This document shows positions 1 to 9,283 of a stretch of DNA of 53,947 bases, in pieces; the first letter of the stretch is position 1; each line of letters begins with the position of its first letter. The stretch comes from a virus. Its lineage: Duplodnaviria; Caudoviricetes. The position numbers were made by a program, and so were the translations under genes. The stretch covers positions 1 through 53,947 of the IMG/VR virus record IMGVR_UViG_3300031972_000800; one strand, written 5' to 3'. The notes below the pieces were generated by a model, which worked only from the letters and a program-made list of their open reading frames with translations, was not told the DNA's origin and searched no databases.

Positions 1-38
1 GGTGAGGTGGAGCAATTGGTTTGTGGGGAGGATGAGTA

Positions 39-551
39 ATGCCTAATCATTGTGATCAACAAGTATATATTCATGGGCCACATTACTTGGTGTCCATGCT
101 TTACAGTGGATTGACGGAGAACGGTTACGACCCCCACCGTGGGGGTCGAGCCAAGAACCCGCAGTTTTGTCAGTTGGTTTGTCCGATGCCGTTTGAGCAG
201 TGGCAAGCGCCCAAGACCCAATGGGGTGGGTACGAGGTTGAGGGTTGGTATGACTGGCGTGTCAACAACTGGGGTACGAAGTGGGATGTTTGTGACGTTG
301 AGATTGACGAGGAGTTGGACCATGAAACCAGAGAAGATAATGGAAGACTTGTAGAGGCTGATACTAGGTCGTGGTTTTCGTTCCGCTGTTGGACTGCATG
401 GGGTGCGCCTATTCCGGTGTGGGATAAGTTGCACGAGTTGGGTGTTGAGGTTCATGCCACCTATCAGGATGAGGGGGGCATGTTTGAGGGTGATTATTAT
501 CATGGCGTGGATCGTTCTTGGGAGCCAGATGTAGAGGAGGAGGGTGTGTAA
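39..551 (+). CDS. DUF1281/YubB ferredoxin-like fold protein
   Basis: Motifs WYDWRVNNWGTKWD and F-x-x-x-TAWGAP; GGAGG RBS; TAATG coupling. Confidence 0.8.
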   Translation: MPNHCDQQVYIHGPHYLVSMLYSGLTENGYDPHRGGRAKNPQFCQLVCPMPFEQWQAPKTQWGGYEVEGWYDWRVNNWGTKWDVCDVEIDEELDHETREDNGRLVEADTRSWFSFRCWTAWGAPIPVWDKLHELGVEVHATYQDEGGMFEGDYYHGVDRSWEPDVEEEGV

Positions 552-619
552 TGACGAGTAGTGAGTTGGAAGAAATGTTGGATGAAATCTTTAGAAAAGT
601 TTTTGGAAAGGACTGGTAG
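551..619 (+). CDS. 22-aa small protein (MTSSELEEMLDEIFRKVFGKDW)
   Basis: Translated by hand. TAATG-coupled to the upstream stop and fills the gap before the ATG at 621. Too short for the ORF track. Confidence 0.6.
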   Translation: MTSSELEEMLDEIFRKVFGKDW

Positions 620-620
620 A

Positions 621-965
621 ATGGATAATAGGGTTTGCATGTTTTACGTCGCTGATCGTTTAGATGATATTATAAACGGCGAGGATCCTAAAAAGTTTAG
701 GGACGAGTGCATTTATAATTTGGGGGTGAACGCTCGGCGTCCTGTGGTTGATCCCAAGCCTTCGAAGGGCGTTGCTTTGCGCGAGTGGTTGCGAGACAGC
801 GGCCTGTCGGCGCTTGAATTCAGCAAGCGTCTTGATGTTTCTCAGCCTACGTTATCGCGTTGGATGTTGGGGAAGGCGTTGCCTAGGGTCGATCATGCGT
901 TGAAGATTGAGGCGGAAACGGGCGGCGCTGTATCCTGTGACACATGGAGGAAGCGCAGTGGGTGA
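621..965 (+). CDS. Cro/XRE-family HTH transcriptional regulator
   Basis: C-terminal LREWLRDSGLSALEFSKRLDVSQPTLSRWMLGKALPR is a typical XRE HTH. Start moved to ATG 621. Confidence 0.8.
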   Translation: MDNRVCMFYVADRLDDIINGEDPKKFRDECIYNLGVNARRPVVDPKPSKGVALREWLRDSGLSALEFSKRLDVSQPTLSRWMLGKALPRVDHALKIEAETGGAVSCDTWRKRSG

Positions 966-1146
966 TCAGGATTTAACGAAGTTTCAGGCGGCGCAGTTGC
1001 GTTGGCTGAAGCGTCAGGTCGATGCGTTGCAGGAGGAGCGTTACCGCAGAGACGCAAGGCCCAATGTGCAGCGTGAATTGTTTGCGGCGCGTGAGGAGTT
1101 GGATACTTACGTTAATAACCTTCGGGAGATTGGTAAGCAGATATGA
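958..1146 (+). CDS. hypothetical coiled-coil protein
   Basis: GGAGG RBS at 946-950 before GTG 958; in operon. Confidence 0.7.
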   Translation: MGDQDLTKFQAAQLRWLKRQVDALQEERYRRDARPNVQRELFAAREELDTYVNNLREIGKQI

Positions 1147-1490
1147 ACACATACAAGCGTGATAAGTATGAGGACATTTATCGTCAGGCGTGGTTGGCGC
1201 AGAACATCAAGGACAAAGCGGACAATTCGCGTTGGAACGGTGGAATAAACAACAGTGCGTTGAACGGGTTCACGAAGCATACGTCTGTGAACAAGGGTGG
1301 GCGTCCGAAGTTGGAGTTATCCAAAGTTGCTTCGGTATTAAACAATTTGTTGCATCGGGAGATTAGTTTGAACGATGCTGCGGATATCATGGGCACGACG
1401 GTCAAGTCGCTGCGCCAGATTAAATCGAGATACAATTTACCGAGGAGCGAGGATGGACCCGAGACTGACGAGTATCAAGAAGTTGATTAA
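1143..1490 (+). CDS. hypothetical protein, possible C-terminal HTH
   Basis: ATGA overlap; GGRPK followed by SLNDAADIMGTTVKSLRQIK. Confidence 0.7.
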   Translation: MNTYKRDKYEDIYRQAWLAQNIKDKADNSRWNGGINNSALNGFTKHTSVNKGGRPKLELSKVASVLNNLLHREISLNDAADIMGTTVKSLRQIKSRYNLPRSEDGPETDEYQEVD

Positions 1491-1623
1491 AGATTTGAAC
1501 AAGGAGATTGACGATATTTTGTGGGAGGAGACATCTGACCCGAGGATCGAGGCGCTCGTTGATGAGTTGGAGTATTTAAAACTGAAGGAGTCGAAAGGAG
1601 AATTATATGAGCCAAAGTTTTGA
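1453..1623 (+). CDS. hypothetical protein
   Basis: GAGGAG RBS before ATG 1453; charged helical sequence. Confidence 0.65.
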   Translation: MDPRLTSIKKLIKDLNKEIDDILWEETSDPRIEALVDELEYLKLKESKGELYEPKF

Positions 1624-1846
1624 GCAGGGGGCAGAGATGTCCAAGGATGTTAATGAGTTGATCATGTCGTGGCAGTCGCAGGGCTATGATCCGGTTGTGT
1701 GTACATATTCGATCTTGCTGCGGTTTACGGCGATAGCCGCGGGCATGATTGAGGAGGAAGATCTTGAGAAGTTTTTAGATGACGCGAGGAAGAAAGGATT
1801 GGAATTACATGAAAAGCAAACGGAAGGTAACAACTATGCACATTGA
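1607..1846 (+). CDS. hypothetical protein
   Basis: AAGGAG RBS; in operon. Confidence 0.65.
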   Translation: MSQSFEQGAEMSKDVNELIMSWQSQGYDPVVCTYSILLRFTAIAAGMIEEEDLEKFLDDARKKGLELHEKQTEGNNYAH

Positions 1847-2357
1847 TACACGAGAGTTAATTATTACGAACATCATTCCGAATGGCGGCGCGGGGTTTGC
1901 CATGTGTCAGCAGGAGGAGTGTGATGTATTCATCAGCAATCATTTGCTCGAAGGGACGGGGATTGATGTTGGGGATTTGGTGAAGGCGATTGTTGTTCCC
2001 AATAATTTTGGGAAGGCGAGCACTCCGTACAAGGCTATTCGGATTGATTTGTTGAAGGGGTTTGCTCGGGTTATTGAGGAGATTGAACCGGATTCTGAGC
2101 CTGATGAGCCTGATGAGCTTACGTTGCAGGAGCGTGTGTTGGAATTGTTGGAGGGGAATCCGGACGATTACTTTACGGTCAACGAGATCATGGAGGAGTT
2201 GGAGTTGGACATTGGTCACAACGAGGTTTTGTATTCGTGTGATGGTTTGCATTCGATAGGATCGATATGCAAGGCTTCGGTGTGGGCTCCGAATTACACG
2301 AAGAAATCTACGTTTAATTTGTATTCGAAGAACATCACGGCGTTTGCGGTGGAGTAA
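1836..2357 (+). CDS. putative nucleic-acid-binding protein (cold-shock/OB-like N-terminus, acidic linker, wHTH-like C-terminus)
   Basis: GAGFAM...DVFIS...VGDLVKAIV resembles CSD/S1 strands; LQERVLELLE...FTVNEIMEEL resembles a winged HTH. Confidence 0.6.
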   Translation: MHIDTRELIITNIIPNGGAGFAMCQQEECDVFISNHLLEGTGIDVGDLVKAIVVPNNFGKASTPYKAIRIDLLKGFARVIEEIEPDSEPDEPDELTLQERVLELLEGNPDDYFTVNEIMEELELDIGHNEVLYSCDGLHSIGSICKASVWAPNYTKKSTFNLYSKNITAFAVE

Positions 2358-2391
2358 AAAAAGAGGGAGCCGAGAGGCTCCCTTTTAGTTT
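2356..2391. terminator. bidirectional intrinsic terminator
   Basis: A-run, AGGGAGCC-GAGA-GGCTCCCT hairpin, then T-run, between convergent genes. Confidence 0.85.
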
Positions 2392-2435
2392 ATGAGGGCA
2401 GATAAGGCCACAGGCGTGGGCCTATCGAGCAGTGT

Positions 2436-2603
2436 TCAGAGTTTACTGGATTCCGGATCTTTTTCAAACTCTTTTTTAATCATGTAGGATATTTGTTTTG
2501 ACAGGGCGCGATGCTCTCGCTTCGAGAGTTGTCGCAATCTGTCATGATCCTCGGGAAGAATAGCGACTGTCTTCCACTTCACGTTTTGTGTTTCGTCTAG
2601 CAT
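2436..2603 (-). CDS. ribbon-helix-helix (Arc/CopG-like) DNA-binding protein, 55 aa
   Basis: Hand translation MLDETQNVKWKTVAILPEDHDRLRQLSKREHRALSKQISYMIKKEFEKDPESSKL has the RHH strand-helix-helix pattern. Not in the ORF track. Confidence 0.75.
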   Translation of the reverse strand: MLDETQNVKWKTVAILPEDHDRLRQLSKREHRALSKQISYMIKKEFEKDPESSKL

Positions 2604-2685
2604 TTGTTTTTTCCTTTGCCTTCTGCTGCTTTCGCAGAGCCTTCTCCCATTTTCGGGAGAGGCAGTGTATCTTTTCCCGTTTCAT
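2542..2685 (-). CDS. small basic hypothetical protein, 47 aa
   Basis: Hand translation MKREKIHCLSRKWEKALRKQQKAKEKTNARRN...; fills the gap in the minus operon. Confidence 0.5.
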   Translation of the reverse strand: MKREKIHCLSRKWEKALRKQQKAKEKTNARRNTKREVEDSRYSSRGS

Positions 2686-2691
2686 TATATA

Positions 2692-2931
2692 CTATATAGA
2701 AACTTTGCCAAGTCTGGCCTCACGATTTTTACGACAGCCTTCGTTTTCGTATGTCCAGCTTCGGATTTGCGAGATGTTTTTGCCTGACCATCCATCGGTC
2801 AGGGCTTTGGCTACATCCAGATCGAGGCCCGTGAGCCGAGCGATCTCGGCTCCAGCGGTATCTCGGGTACGCATCCCTTTCTTTCGATCCACGATGCATT
2901 CGGTTACTTCGGTGGCGTCAAAGTCAGCCAT
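2692..2931 (-). CDS. hypothetical protein
   Basis: Directly downstream of the SNF2 gene with an overlapping start. Confidence 0.7.
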   Translation of the reverse strand: MADFDATEVTECIVDRKKGMRTRDTAGAEIARLTGLDLDVAKALTDGWSGKNISQIRSWTYENEGCRKNREARLGKVSI

Positions 2932-4370
2932 TGTCTTGCCTCTTCTCCTAGTACCTTCGCTCCGATATCGATCTTTGCTCGAAGGGCTTTCACGATTTTC
3001 TCATCGATTGTTCCCTCTGATATCAGATCAACGTAGGTCACGTTATTCTTTTGACCAATCCTGTGCGCTCGATCCTCTGATTGGATCCGAGTTTCGAGGT
3101 TAAAGTCGTTTGCATAGTACACCACGAGGTTAGCTTCGGTCAATGTGATGCCATACCCTGCGGTTGCGGGGTTCCCGACGAAGTATTTCAGGCGGGAGTG
3201 TGGCTTTTGGAAGTCCTCGACGATTCTTTGGCGCTCATCGTCGGAGGTATCGCCGTAGTATGCGGCGGCGCATCCCTCGCCGTGGACCTTGTTTAGGTTT
3301 TCGACGATCTGTTGGATGTCATGACGGAAGCGCGACCAGATGATTGCCTTGCCATCGTGCTCTTCGATCACTTCGAGCAGCGCATCCATGCGCTTCGAGG
3401 GGAATGTAACGGTGTGCCCGTCATCTGTTTTCAGATGCCCACACAAAACCTGCTGCAATCTGAGCAGTTGGGTGATGACCATGGGCGCAGTGACGAAGTC
3501 CATGTCCCCCAATACAACCATAGCATGTTCCTTGATCTGCTGGTACATCTTATGCTGGTCCTGGGTGAGTCCGACATACCGGGATGTGTAGATTTTCTCG
3601 GGTAGGTCGAGGCAATCTTTTTTTAACACGCGGAACGTGTATCGATCCACTCGGTTATTGAGGTCATCGAGGTTTCGAAAGCCGACGATTTGGTTAAACG
3701 CGGCAGCGCCCATCTTAACCTTGTTCATGATGGCGTATCGGCCTTGAAATCCGTAGAAACTTTCGAAGCCGAGCAGACCTTCGCGCAGGAACTCGAACTG
3801 TGCGAAGATATCCATGGGGCTTTTTGTGACGGGAGAGCCTGTCAAGAGTCTTCTGAACTTGAACCCGTTCGCAATCTTGATTAAATTCTTGGTGCGTTTG
3901 GCCTTGGGGTTTTTAATCGTTGTGCTTTCGTCGATTGCAATCATACCCTTTGGCCCAAACGCACGAGACAACCACTGCCCAGCCTTCTGACCACGGACCG
4001 TAGAGAAAGATTCGACGTTCATCACGAAGATGGTCAGGCCCTCGAACCTATCTTTAACGGAACGCATCTCTTCGGCTTGTTTCTTATTGGGTCCGGACAC
4101 CCATCGGATGACGCGATGCGGCACTTGCTCGGACATATGCTCTGGGATTTCTTTGGCAACCCAGTTTCGATAGACGCCTTTGGGTGCGATGATCAGAGCG
4201 AAATCTATCTGCTCGCTTTGGTACAGCATTCCAAGGTTGTCGATCAGAACTTTTGATTTCCCTGTTCCCATCTCCATAAAGTACCCAAACTCGGGCAGGT
4301 TCCATCCAACATGCAGCGCCTCGCTCTGATGCTCGAATGGTTTTGTTTTAAAAAAGTTTGTATCTGGCAT
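2904..4370 (-). CDS. SNF2-family (DEAD/H-like) helicase
   Basis: Motifs MEMGTGKS, IDES, LTGSP, QSEDRAHRIGQ. GGAGG RBS before ATG 4370. Confidence 0.93.
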   Translation of the reverse strand: MPDTNFFKTKPFEHQSEALHVGWNLPEFGYFMEMGTGKSKVLIDNLGMLYQSEQIDFALIIAPKGVYRNWVAKEIPEHMSEQVPHRVIRWVSGPNKKQAEEMRSVKDRFEGLTIFVMNVESFSTVRGQKAGQWLSRAFGPKGMIAIDESTTIKNPKAKRTKNLIKIANGFKFRRLLTGSPVTKSPMDIFAQFEFLREGLLGFESFYGFQGRYAIMNKVKMGAAAFNQIVGFRNLDDLNNRVDRYTFRVLKKDCLDLPEKIYTSRYVGLTQDQHKMYQQIKEHAMVVLGDMDFVTAPMVITQLLRLQQVLCGHLKTDDGHTVTFPSKRMDALLEVIEEHDGKAIIWSRFRHDIQQIVENLNKVHGEGCAAAYYGDTSDDERQRIVEDFQKPHSRLKYFVGNPATAGYGITLTEANLVVYYANDFNLETRIQSEDRAHRIGQKNNVTYVDLISEGTIDEKIVKALRAKIDIGAKVLGEEARQWLTLTPPK

Positions 4371-4452
4371 TGCAATCCTCCATAGTGTGTATATATATGT
4401 AATCGATACACATGTATCAACCCATCTTAACCTGAAGAGGAGAAACTTTTTG
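4371..4452. promoter_or_regulatory. divergent promoter region with a palindromic operator candidate
   Basis: Minus strand TTGATA-N17-TATATA upstream of SNF2; + strand TTGCAA...TATATA; inverted repeat GATACA-CA-TGTATC (4415-4428). Confidence 0.55.
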
Positions 4453-5010
4453 ATGGATATCTTTGAAGACATGTTCGACGAGTCCGGTGCGTTGAGCTCA
4501 GTCAATACTGAAACCGGAAAAACTCTCAGCAGCTTGGTAAAACAGCTTCGCTCTGTAGAAATGCAGATCGAGGATGCTGAAAGCCACCTCAAGACATTGA
4601 AGCAAGAGAAGCACAAGCTCTCTGTGGAAAACATCCCAGCCGTTATGGATGAGATGGGGGTGGAGCGCGTAGACGTAGAGGGCCTGACCGTGGCGCGGAA
4701 GATGATGGTACACGCATCTATTCCTGTGGCTCGGAAAGAAGAGGCGTTCGAGTGGCTGCGCCAGCATGGTCTTGATGACATAATCAAGAACGATGTAACC
4801 TGTTCGTTCGGCAAGGGTCAGGACAATCTCGCTGGAGATGTCGTGGGACTGCTCGAAGAGCGTGGGTTTGATCCCAAAACCAAGACCCATGTCCACCCGT
4901 CCACATTAAAGGCGTTCATCAAGGAACGTGTGACGGATGGCAAACCAATCGACCTCGATATGTTCGGGGCATTTATCGCAAACGCGGCTGAGATACGGAG
5001 GAAATCATAA
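4453..5010 (+). CDS. conserved phage replication-module protein (coiled coil, VHPSTLKAF motif)
   Basis: GAGGAG RBS; AFEWLRQHGLDDIIKN and VHPSTLKAFIKE motifs are typical of the gene preceding SSB in such phages. Confidence 0.75.
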   Translation: MDIFEDMFDESGALSSVNTETGKTLSSLVKQLRSVEMQIEDAESHLKTLKQEKHKLSVENIPAVMDEMGVERVDVEGLTVARKMMVHASIPVARKEEAFEWLRQHGLDDIIKNDVTCSFGKGQDNLAGDVVGLLEERGFDPKTKTHVHPSTLKAFIKERVTDGKPIDLDMFGAFIANAAEIRRKS

Positions 5011-5192
5011 TGGGCGTGTCAAAACAAATGCAGATAGAAGAGATGGATCGTAACTCAAAAGCGGAGGAGCGTTTGAGTGAGAGCATTGCGCGAGACGATG
5101 ACGTTGGTTTCAAGGAATCAGACTTCATTAACTTAGAGTTGATTGAAGTTATCGAAGGTTTGCAAAAGAAATATAATAAGGAGGAAAAGTAA
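5010..5192 (+). CDS. hypothetical protein
   Basis: TAATG-coupled on both sides. Confidence 0.65.
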   Translation: MGVSKQMQIEEMDRNSKAEERLSESIARDDDVGFKESDFINLELIEVIEGLQKKYNKEEK

Positions 5193-5980
5193 TGGGCGCT
5201 GTTGCAAAGAAAAAGAAAACGGATGTTTCAACGGATGTAATGGATGACATCTTGGGCATGGCTGGCGAGGGTGCGTCCTTCGACAGTTCCGAGATGCAGA
5301 TCCCGTTCGTTCGTGTGCTGCAAGCCTTGTCTCCGCAGTTGAACAAGAAGAAAGCGGAGTACATAGAGGGTGCCGAGCAGGGGGACATGTTCAACAACGT
5401 CACCTTGCAGTCTTGGGACGGCGAGGACGGGGTAAACATAATCCCATGTTTCCAGACCACCAAGTATCTGGAGTTCACGCCCCGTGATATGGGCGGCGGG
5501 TTTCGCGGTGAGCTTGCCGCGAATGATCCAGCTATCTCGCAGACTACACGAGTGGGATCGAAGGAGCTTTTGTCCAACGGTAACGAGCTTGTGAAGTCTG
5601 ATCAGCATTACTGTCTTGTGATTGAAGATGACGGGTCTTTCCAGCCTGCGGTTGTGGATATGAAATCCACACAGCTAAAGGTAAGTCGTCGTTGGAAGAC
5701 GCAGATTGCAATGCAAAAGGTCAAGCGTCCGGATGGCAGCGTCGTTACGCCTCCGGTGTTTGCTACGATCTGGAAGTTGAAGACGGTTGAGGAAAGCAAT
5801 GACCAAGGAACGTGGAACAACTACCAAGTAGAGAAGGTTGGGTTGGTTGATAACCGAGATCTTCTTATGGAAGCGAAAGCATTCCGAGACTCCATCCAAG
5901 CGGGTGAAGTGAAAGCTATGTCAGAAGAAGGAGCAGGCGGGACATCTGCTCCTGTCAAGGATGATGAAATCCCGTTTTGA
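5192..5980 (+). CDS. ssb: putative single-stranded DNA-binding protein
   Basis: Acidic C-terminal tail DDEIPF as in bacterial SSB; position in the replication module. Confidence 0.7.
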   Translation: MGAVAKKKKTDVSTDVMDDILGMAGEGASFDSSEMQIPFVRVLQALSPQLNKKKAEYIEGAEQGDMFNNVTLQSWDGEDGVNIIPCFQTTKYLEFTPRDMGGGFRGELAANDPAISQTTRVGSKELLSNGNELVKSDQHYCLVIEDDGSFQPAVVDMKSTQLKVSRRWKTQIAMQKVKRPDGSVVTPPVFATIWKLKTVEESNDQGTWNNYQVEKVGLVDNRDLLMEAKAFRDSIQAGEVKAMSEEGAGGTSAPVKDDEIPF

Positions 5981-6019
5981 TTTAGCTCGGGGGGAGCGGA
6001 CGGGACATCTGCTCCCCCC
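5930..6019 (+). promoter_or_regulatory. twin hairpins with identical CGGGACA loop
   Basis: GGAGCAGG-CGGGACA-TCTGCTCC (5930-5952) and GGGGGGAGCGGA-CGGGACA-TCTGCTCCCCCC (5989-6019). Confidence 0.6.
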
Positions 6020-6041
6020 ACCATTCGCTTAGGAGTAAAGT

Positions 6042-7568
6042 ATGTCAGCAGCAGAAAGAATGCTGGCGGTTTTTGAGGGATCAGAAAAGGGACATGGCAG
6101 GACAAACGTTGGACCAGTGGGTCGCAACGGAAAGACCGAGGCCAAATCTTTTGTTATCCGCGAGCCGCTAACAGTTGAAAAGATGCAAGCGCATATCGGC
6201 GGGCAGCAGGGGGTGGGTGCTATTCCAATCAAGGCTGGTAACGTGTGCAAGTTTGGGACGTTGGATATCGATGTCTATGACTTGGACCACGCTGCGCTTA
6301 ACAAAAAAATCACGCAGTTGAAGCTGCCGTTGTTTCATTGCCGCTCGAAGTCGGGCGGTGCCCATTTGTATTTGTTCTTGGAAGAGTGGGAGCCTGCTTC
6401 GATTGTTCGGGAGATCCTCGAAGAGATGGCTGCGGCGCTTGGGCACTCTGGTTGTGAGGTGTTTCCAAAGCAGGATACGATCCTCGATAGCGAGGGGGAT
6501 CTTGGGAACTTTATAAACCTGCCGTATTTCAATGCGGAAGAAACGATGCGGTACTGCCTCGATAAAAAGAACAAGGCCATGACGTTGGATAAGTTCTTGG
6601 ATCGGGCGGAGAAGGGGCGCATCTCGATGTCCAAGCTGTCTGCGTTGCAGTTCGGCGGGGATCGAAAGCATTTCACAGACGGGCCGTACTGCCTCGAAAC
6701 AATATCGAGCCAAGGTCCAGTGACCGAGTACCGAAACATTACGATGTTTAATGTTGGTGTGTATTGCAGGAACAAATGGCCTGATGATTGGAAGGATCAC
6801 CACGAGGAATACAATCGCATATTGTGCGAGCCTCCGTTGCCAGCGGATGAGATGGTGCAGTTGCAAAAGTCTTTGACGCGCAAAGAGTATTACTACCAGT
6901 GCGATCAGTGTCCGTTGAAGGATTTCTGTAACAAGAACATGTGCCGCAGCAGGCAGTACGGGATTGGCAGCGATGCCCCTGACACGCCACAGATCGGCGG
7001 GCTTACGATCATGTTGTCTGAGCCTCGGCTGTATTTCATGGATGTAAATGGGAAGCGTGTGGTTCTGGCTACTGATCAGCTACAGCATCCGTCGCTCTGG
7101 CAGCGGGCTTGTATGGAGCAGATTGATATGATGCCGCCCACGCCCAAGGCTTCGGATTGGCAGCAGGTTATCAACGGGATGATGGCGACTGCCACGAAGC
7201 TCGATGTTCCGGAGGAGTTGACGTTTAGCGGACAGTTCAAGGAGCATCTGCGTTCGTTCTGTACCAGTCGGATCAGGGCCATGTCTCCGGAGGAGATGGA
7301 GTTGAACAAGCCGTGGACTGAGAACGGATACACGAAGTTCAAGATCGAGGGGTTGATGGAGTATCTGAAGAACCGTGGGTTTACCCAGTACACGAGGGCG
7401 CAGGTACAAGATCACATAAAGAAATTAAACGATACGGATGATTGCTTTGGGCATCACGCGATACGCAGGGAAAACGGTAAGCGCAGCACACTGAGAGTGT
7501 GGTGGGTGCCCGCGTTTGATGACTCAGAGGTAGAACTAGAGGAGCCGAATTATGAAATCCCATTCTAA
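6042..7568 (+). CDS. AEP-superfamily DNA primase-polymerase with PriCT-like and Cys-rich regions
   Basis: DID motif I, RSKSGGAHLY motif II, GNFINLPY, and a CDQC...C...C cluster. Confidence 0.85.
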   Translation: MSAAERMLAVFEGSEKGHGRTNVGPVGRNGKTEAKSFVIREPLTVEKMQAHIGGQQGVGAIPIKAGNVCKFGTLDIDVYDLDHAALNKKITQLKLPLFHCRSKSGGAHLYLFLEEWEPASIVREILEEMAAALGHSGCEVFPKQDTILDSEGDLGNFINLPYFNAEETMRYCLDKKNKAMTLDKFLDRAEKGRISMSKLSALQFGGDRKHFTDGPYCLETISSQGPVTEYRNITMFNVGVYCRNKWPDDWKDHHEEYNRILCEPPLPADEMVQLQKSLTRKEYYYQCDQCPLKDFCNKNMCRSRQYGIGSDAPDTPQIGGLTIMLSEPRLYFMDVNGKRVVLATDQLQHPSLWQRACMEQIDMMPPTPKASDWQQVINGMMATATKLDVPEELTFSGQFKEHLRSFCTSRIRAMSPEEMELNKPWTENGYTKFKIEGLMEYLKNRGFTQYTRAQVQDHIKKLNDTDDCFGHHAIRRENGKRSTLRVWWVPAFDDSEVELEEPNYEIPF

Positions 7569-7770
7569 TGATACGCTGTTAAAGGTGGACCAAGTTGCCA
7601 AGCTGCTGAACGTGTCAGTGTCGGCGGTGTATAAGTGGACGCAGGCTGGGGAGTTTCCTGCGCCATATAAGCTGGGTGATAAGAAGAGATCGTCCTCACG
7701 TTGGAGCGAGATCGAGATCTTAACGTGGTTGGAAAATCAGAAAGGACAGACACATGATCCCGAATTCTGA
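7552..7770 (+). CDS. AlpA/excisionase-family HTH protein
   Basis: LLKVDQVAKLLNVSVSAVYKW...GEFPAPYKLG...SRWSEIEILTW. Confidence 0.88.
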   Translation: MKSHSNDTLLKVDQVAKLLNVSVSAVYKWTQAGEFPAPYKLGDKKRSSSRWSEIEILTWLENQKGQTHDPEF

Positions 7771-9283
7771 GTTAATCTTTGGTCCGCCTGGTTGCGGCAA
7801 GACATACACGCTGATCCAAGAGGTTGAGGACGAGCTTGCTCGGGGTACGCATCCCAGTCGGATTGGTTACTGTTCGTTTACGAAGAAGGCGGTTCAGGAA
7901 GCGGTAACGCGGGCGGGTTCCAAGTTTGGTTTGTCCAGCAAGGAGCTTCCATACTTCCGCACGTTAAACTCTCTTGGGTTTCGCGGGCTTGGTTTGCAAA
8001 CAACGGACATGATGAGCGCGGAAGACTGGGCCATACTAGGTTTGGATCTGGGCTTGAAGTTCACGGGCACGAGCACCGTGTCAATGGATGATGGTCTTAC
8101 CATTCCTCCGGGTTTGGAGAAGGGCGATTTGTATGCGCAGCTTCAGATGCGAGCACGGCACCGGATGATTTCCTTGGAGCAGGAGTACAACGAGCATGGC
8201 AGTTACGCGCTGAACTTTGCTCAATTAAAACGATTCGATGCTGCGTTGGAAAACTACAAGGCGGGCATGAACAAGATGGATTTCGTGGATCAGATCGATA
8301 AGTATATCGAGATGGTTGATCCGCCATACTTGGATTTGTTTATTGTGGATGAGGCACAGGATCTCACGCCGTTGCAGTGGACCATGGTGCGAAAGATCTC
8401 GGAGAATTGTGGCCGTGTTATTCTGGCGGGGGACGACGATCAGGCGATCCACAGATGGACGGGGGTTGATGTAAGTTTATTTCTCCATGCTTCGGAGAAA
8501 CGCCGTGTTCTTACCCAGAGTTATCGTATGCCCAAGAGTGTGCATGATCTGTCGTGGCAGATTGTAAAGCGGATCGAGAACCGGATGCCCAAGCAGTTCA
8601 GTCCGACGGATCGAGAGGGACAGATTCAGTACCTATCGAGCAACCACCATCTGGACTTGACCCAAGGTTCGTGGACCTTGATGACTCGCACAAACAAGAA
8701 GATGCATGACTGGGCCCACGAGCTTCGTAGAGACGGGTTTCTATACTCTACCAAGGGAAGGTCCAGCGTTAGTGAAAAGCTGGCTTCAGTGATCTCCTCA
8801 TGGCGCACGTTGCAGCAGGGTGAGGCTCTGCCGTACCGACTGGTTTGCCAGTTGTATGACAACGTCCCAAAGCAGGGGGACTATGCGGTTGTGAAGCGCG
8901 GGTCGAAGAAGCTGCTCGAAGCGGCCAGTCCGGACGCGATGTTGACCTATGACATGTTGGTTGCGGAGTTCGGGATGAAGGCTCCGCTGGAGCGTGAGGC
9001 GTTTGATGTGGCGAACATGGGCAAGGACATGCGAAACTACATTAGGGCCATTGAGCGGCGCGGAGAGGACATCCTAGCCACGCCTCGGTTAAAGGTGTCC
9101 ACGTTCCACGGGATGAAGGGCGGCGAGGATGATAACTGCGCCGTGTCTTTGGGCAGCACATGGGCTTGTGTGAATACGGATTTTCCGGATGACGAGCACC
9201 GAGCCATGTACGTTGGTATAACCAGAACGAAGAATCGGTTGTGCATAATCGATTCCGACGAAAGGCACAGGTACGACCTATGA
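7754..9283 (+). CDS. UvrD/Rep-like SF1 DNA helicase
   Basis: GPPGCGKT, SFTKKA, VDEAQD, GDDDQAI, LTQSYR, STFHGMKGGE, YVGITR. Confidence 0.93.
   Translation: MIPNSELIFGPPGCGKTYTLIQEVEDELARGTHPSRIGYCSFTKKAVQEAVTRAGSKFGLSSKELPYFRTLNSLGFRGLGLQTTDMMSAEDWAILGLDLGLKFTGTSTVSMDDGLTIPPGLEKGDLYAQLQMRARHRMISLEQEYNEHGSYALNFAQLKRFDAALENYKAGMNKMDFVDQIDKYIEMVDPPYLDLFIVDEAQDLTPLQWTMVRKISENCGRVILAGDDDQAIHRWTGVDVSLFLHASEKRRVLTQSYRMPKSVHDLSWQIVKRIENRMPKQFSPTDREGQIQYLSSNHHLDLTQGSWTLMTRTNKKMHDWAHELRRDGFLYSTKGRSSVSEKLASVISSWRTLQQGEALPYRLVCQLYDNVPKQGDYAVVKRGSKKLLEAASPDAMLTYDMLVAEFGMKAPLEREAFDVANMGKDMRNYIRAIERRGEDILATPRLKVSTFHGMKGGEDDNCAVSLGSTWACVNTDFPDDEHRAMYVGITRTKNRLCIIDSDERHRYDL

Noticed and set aside
4371-4814. 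148-aa N-terminal extension of the SNF2 ORF in the track
   Set aside because: It is antisense to a real + gene; RBS and promoter support ATG 4370.
7552-7770. AlpA/Xis as evidence of an integrated prophage
   Set aside because: No integrase, att site or host flanks seen.
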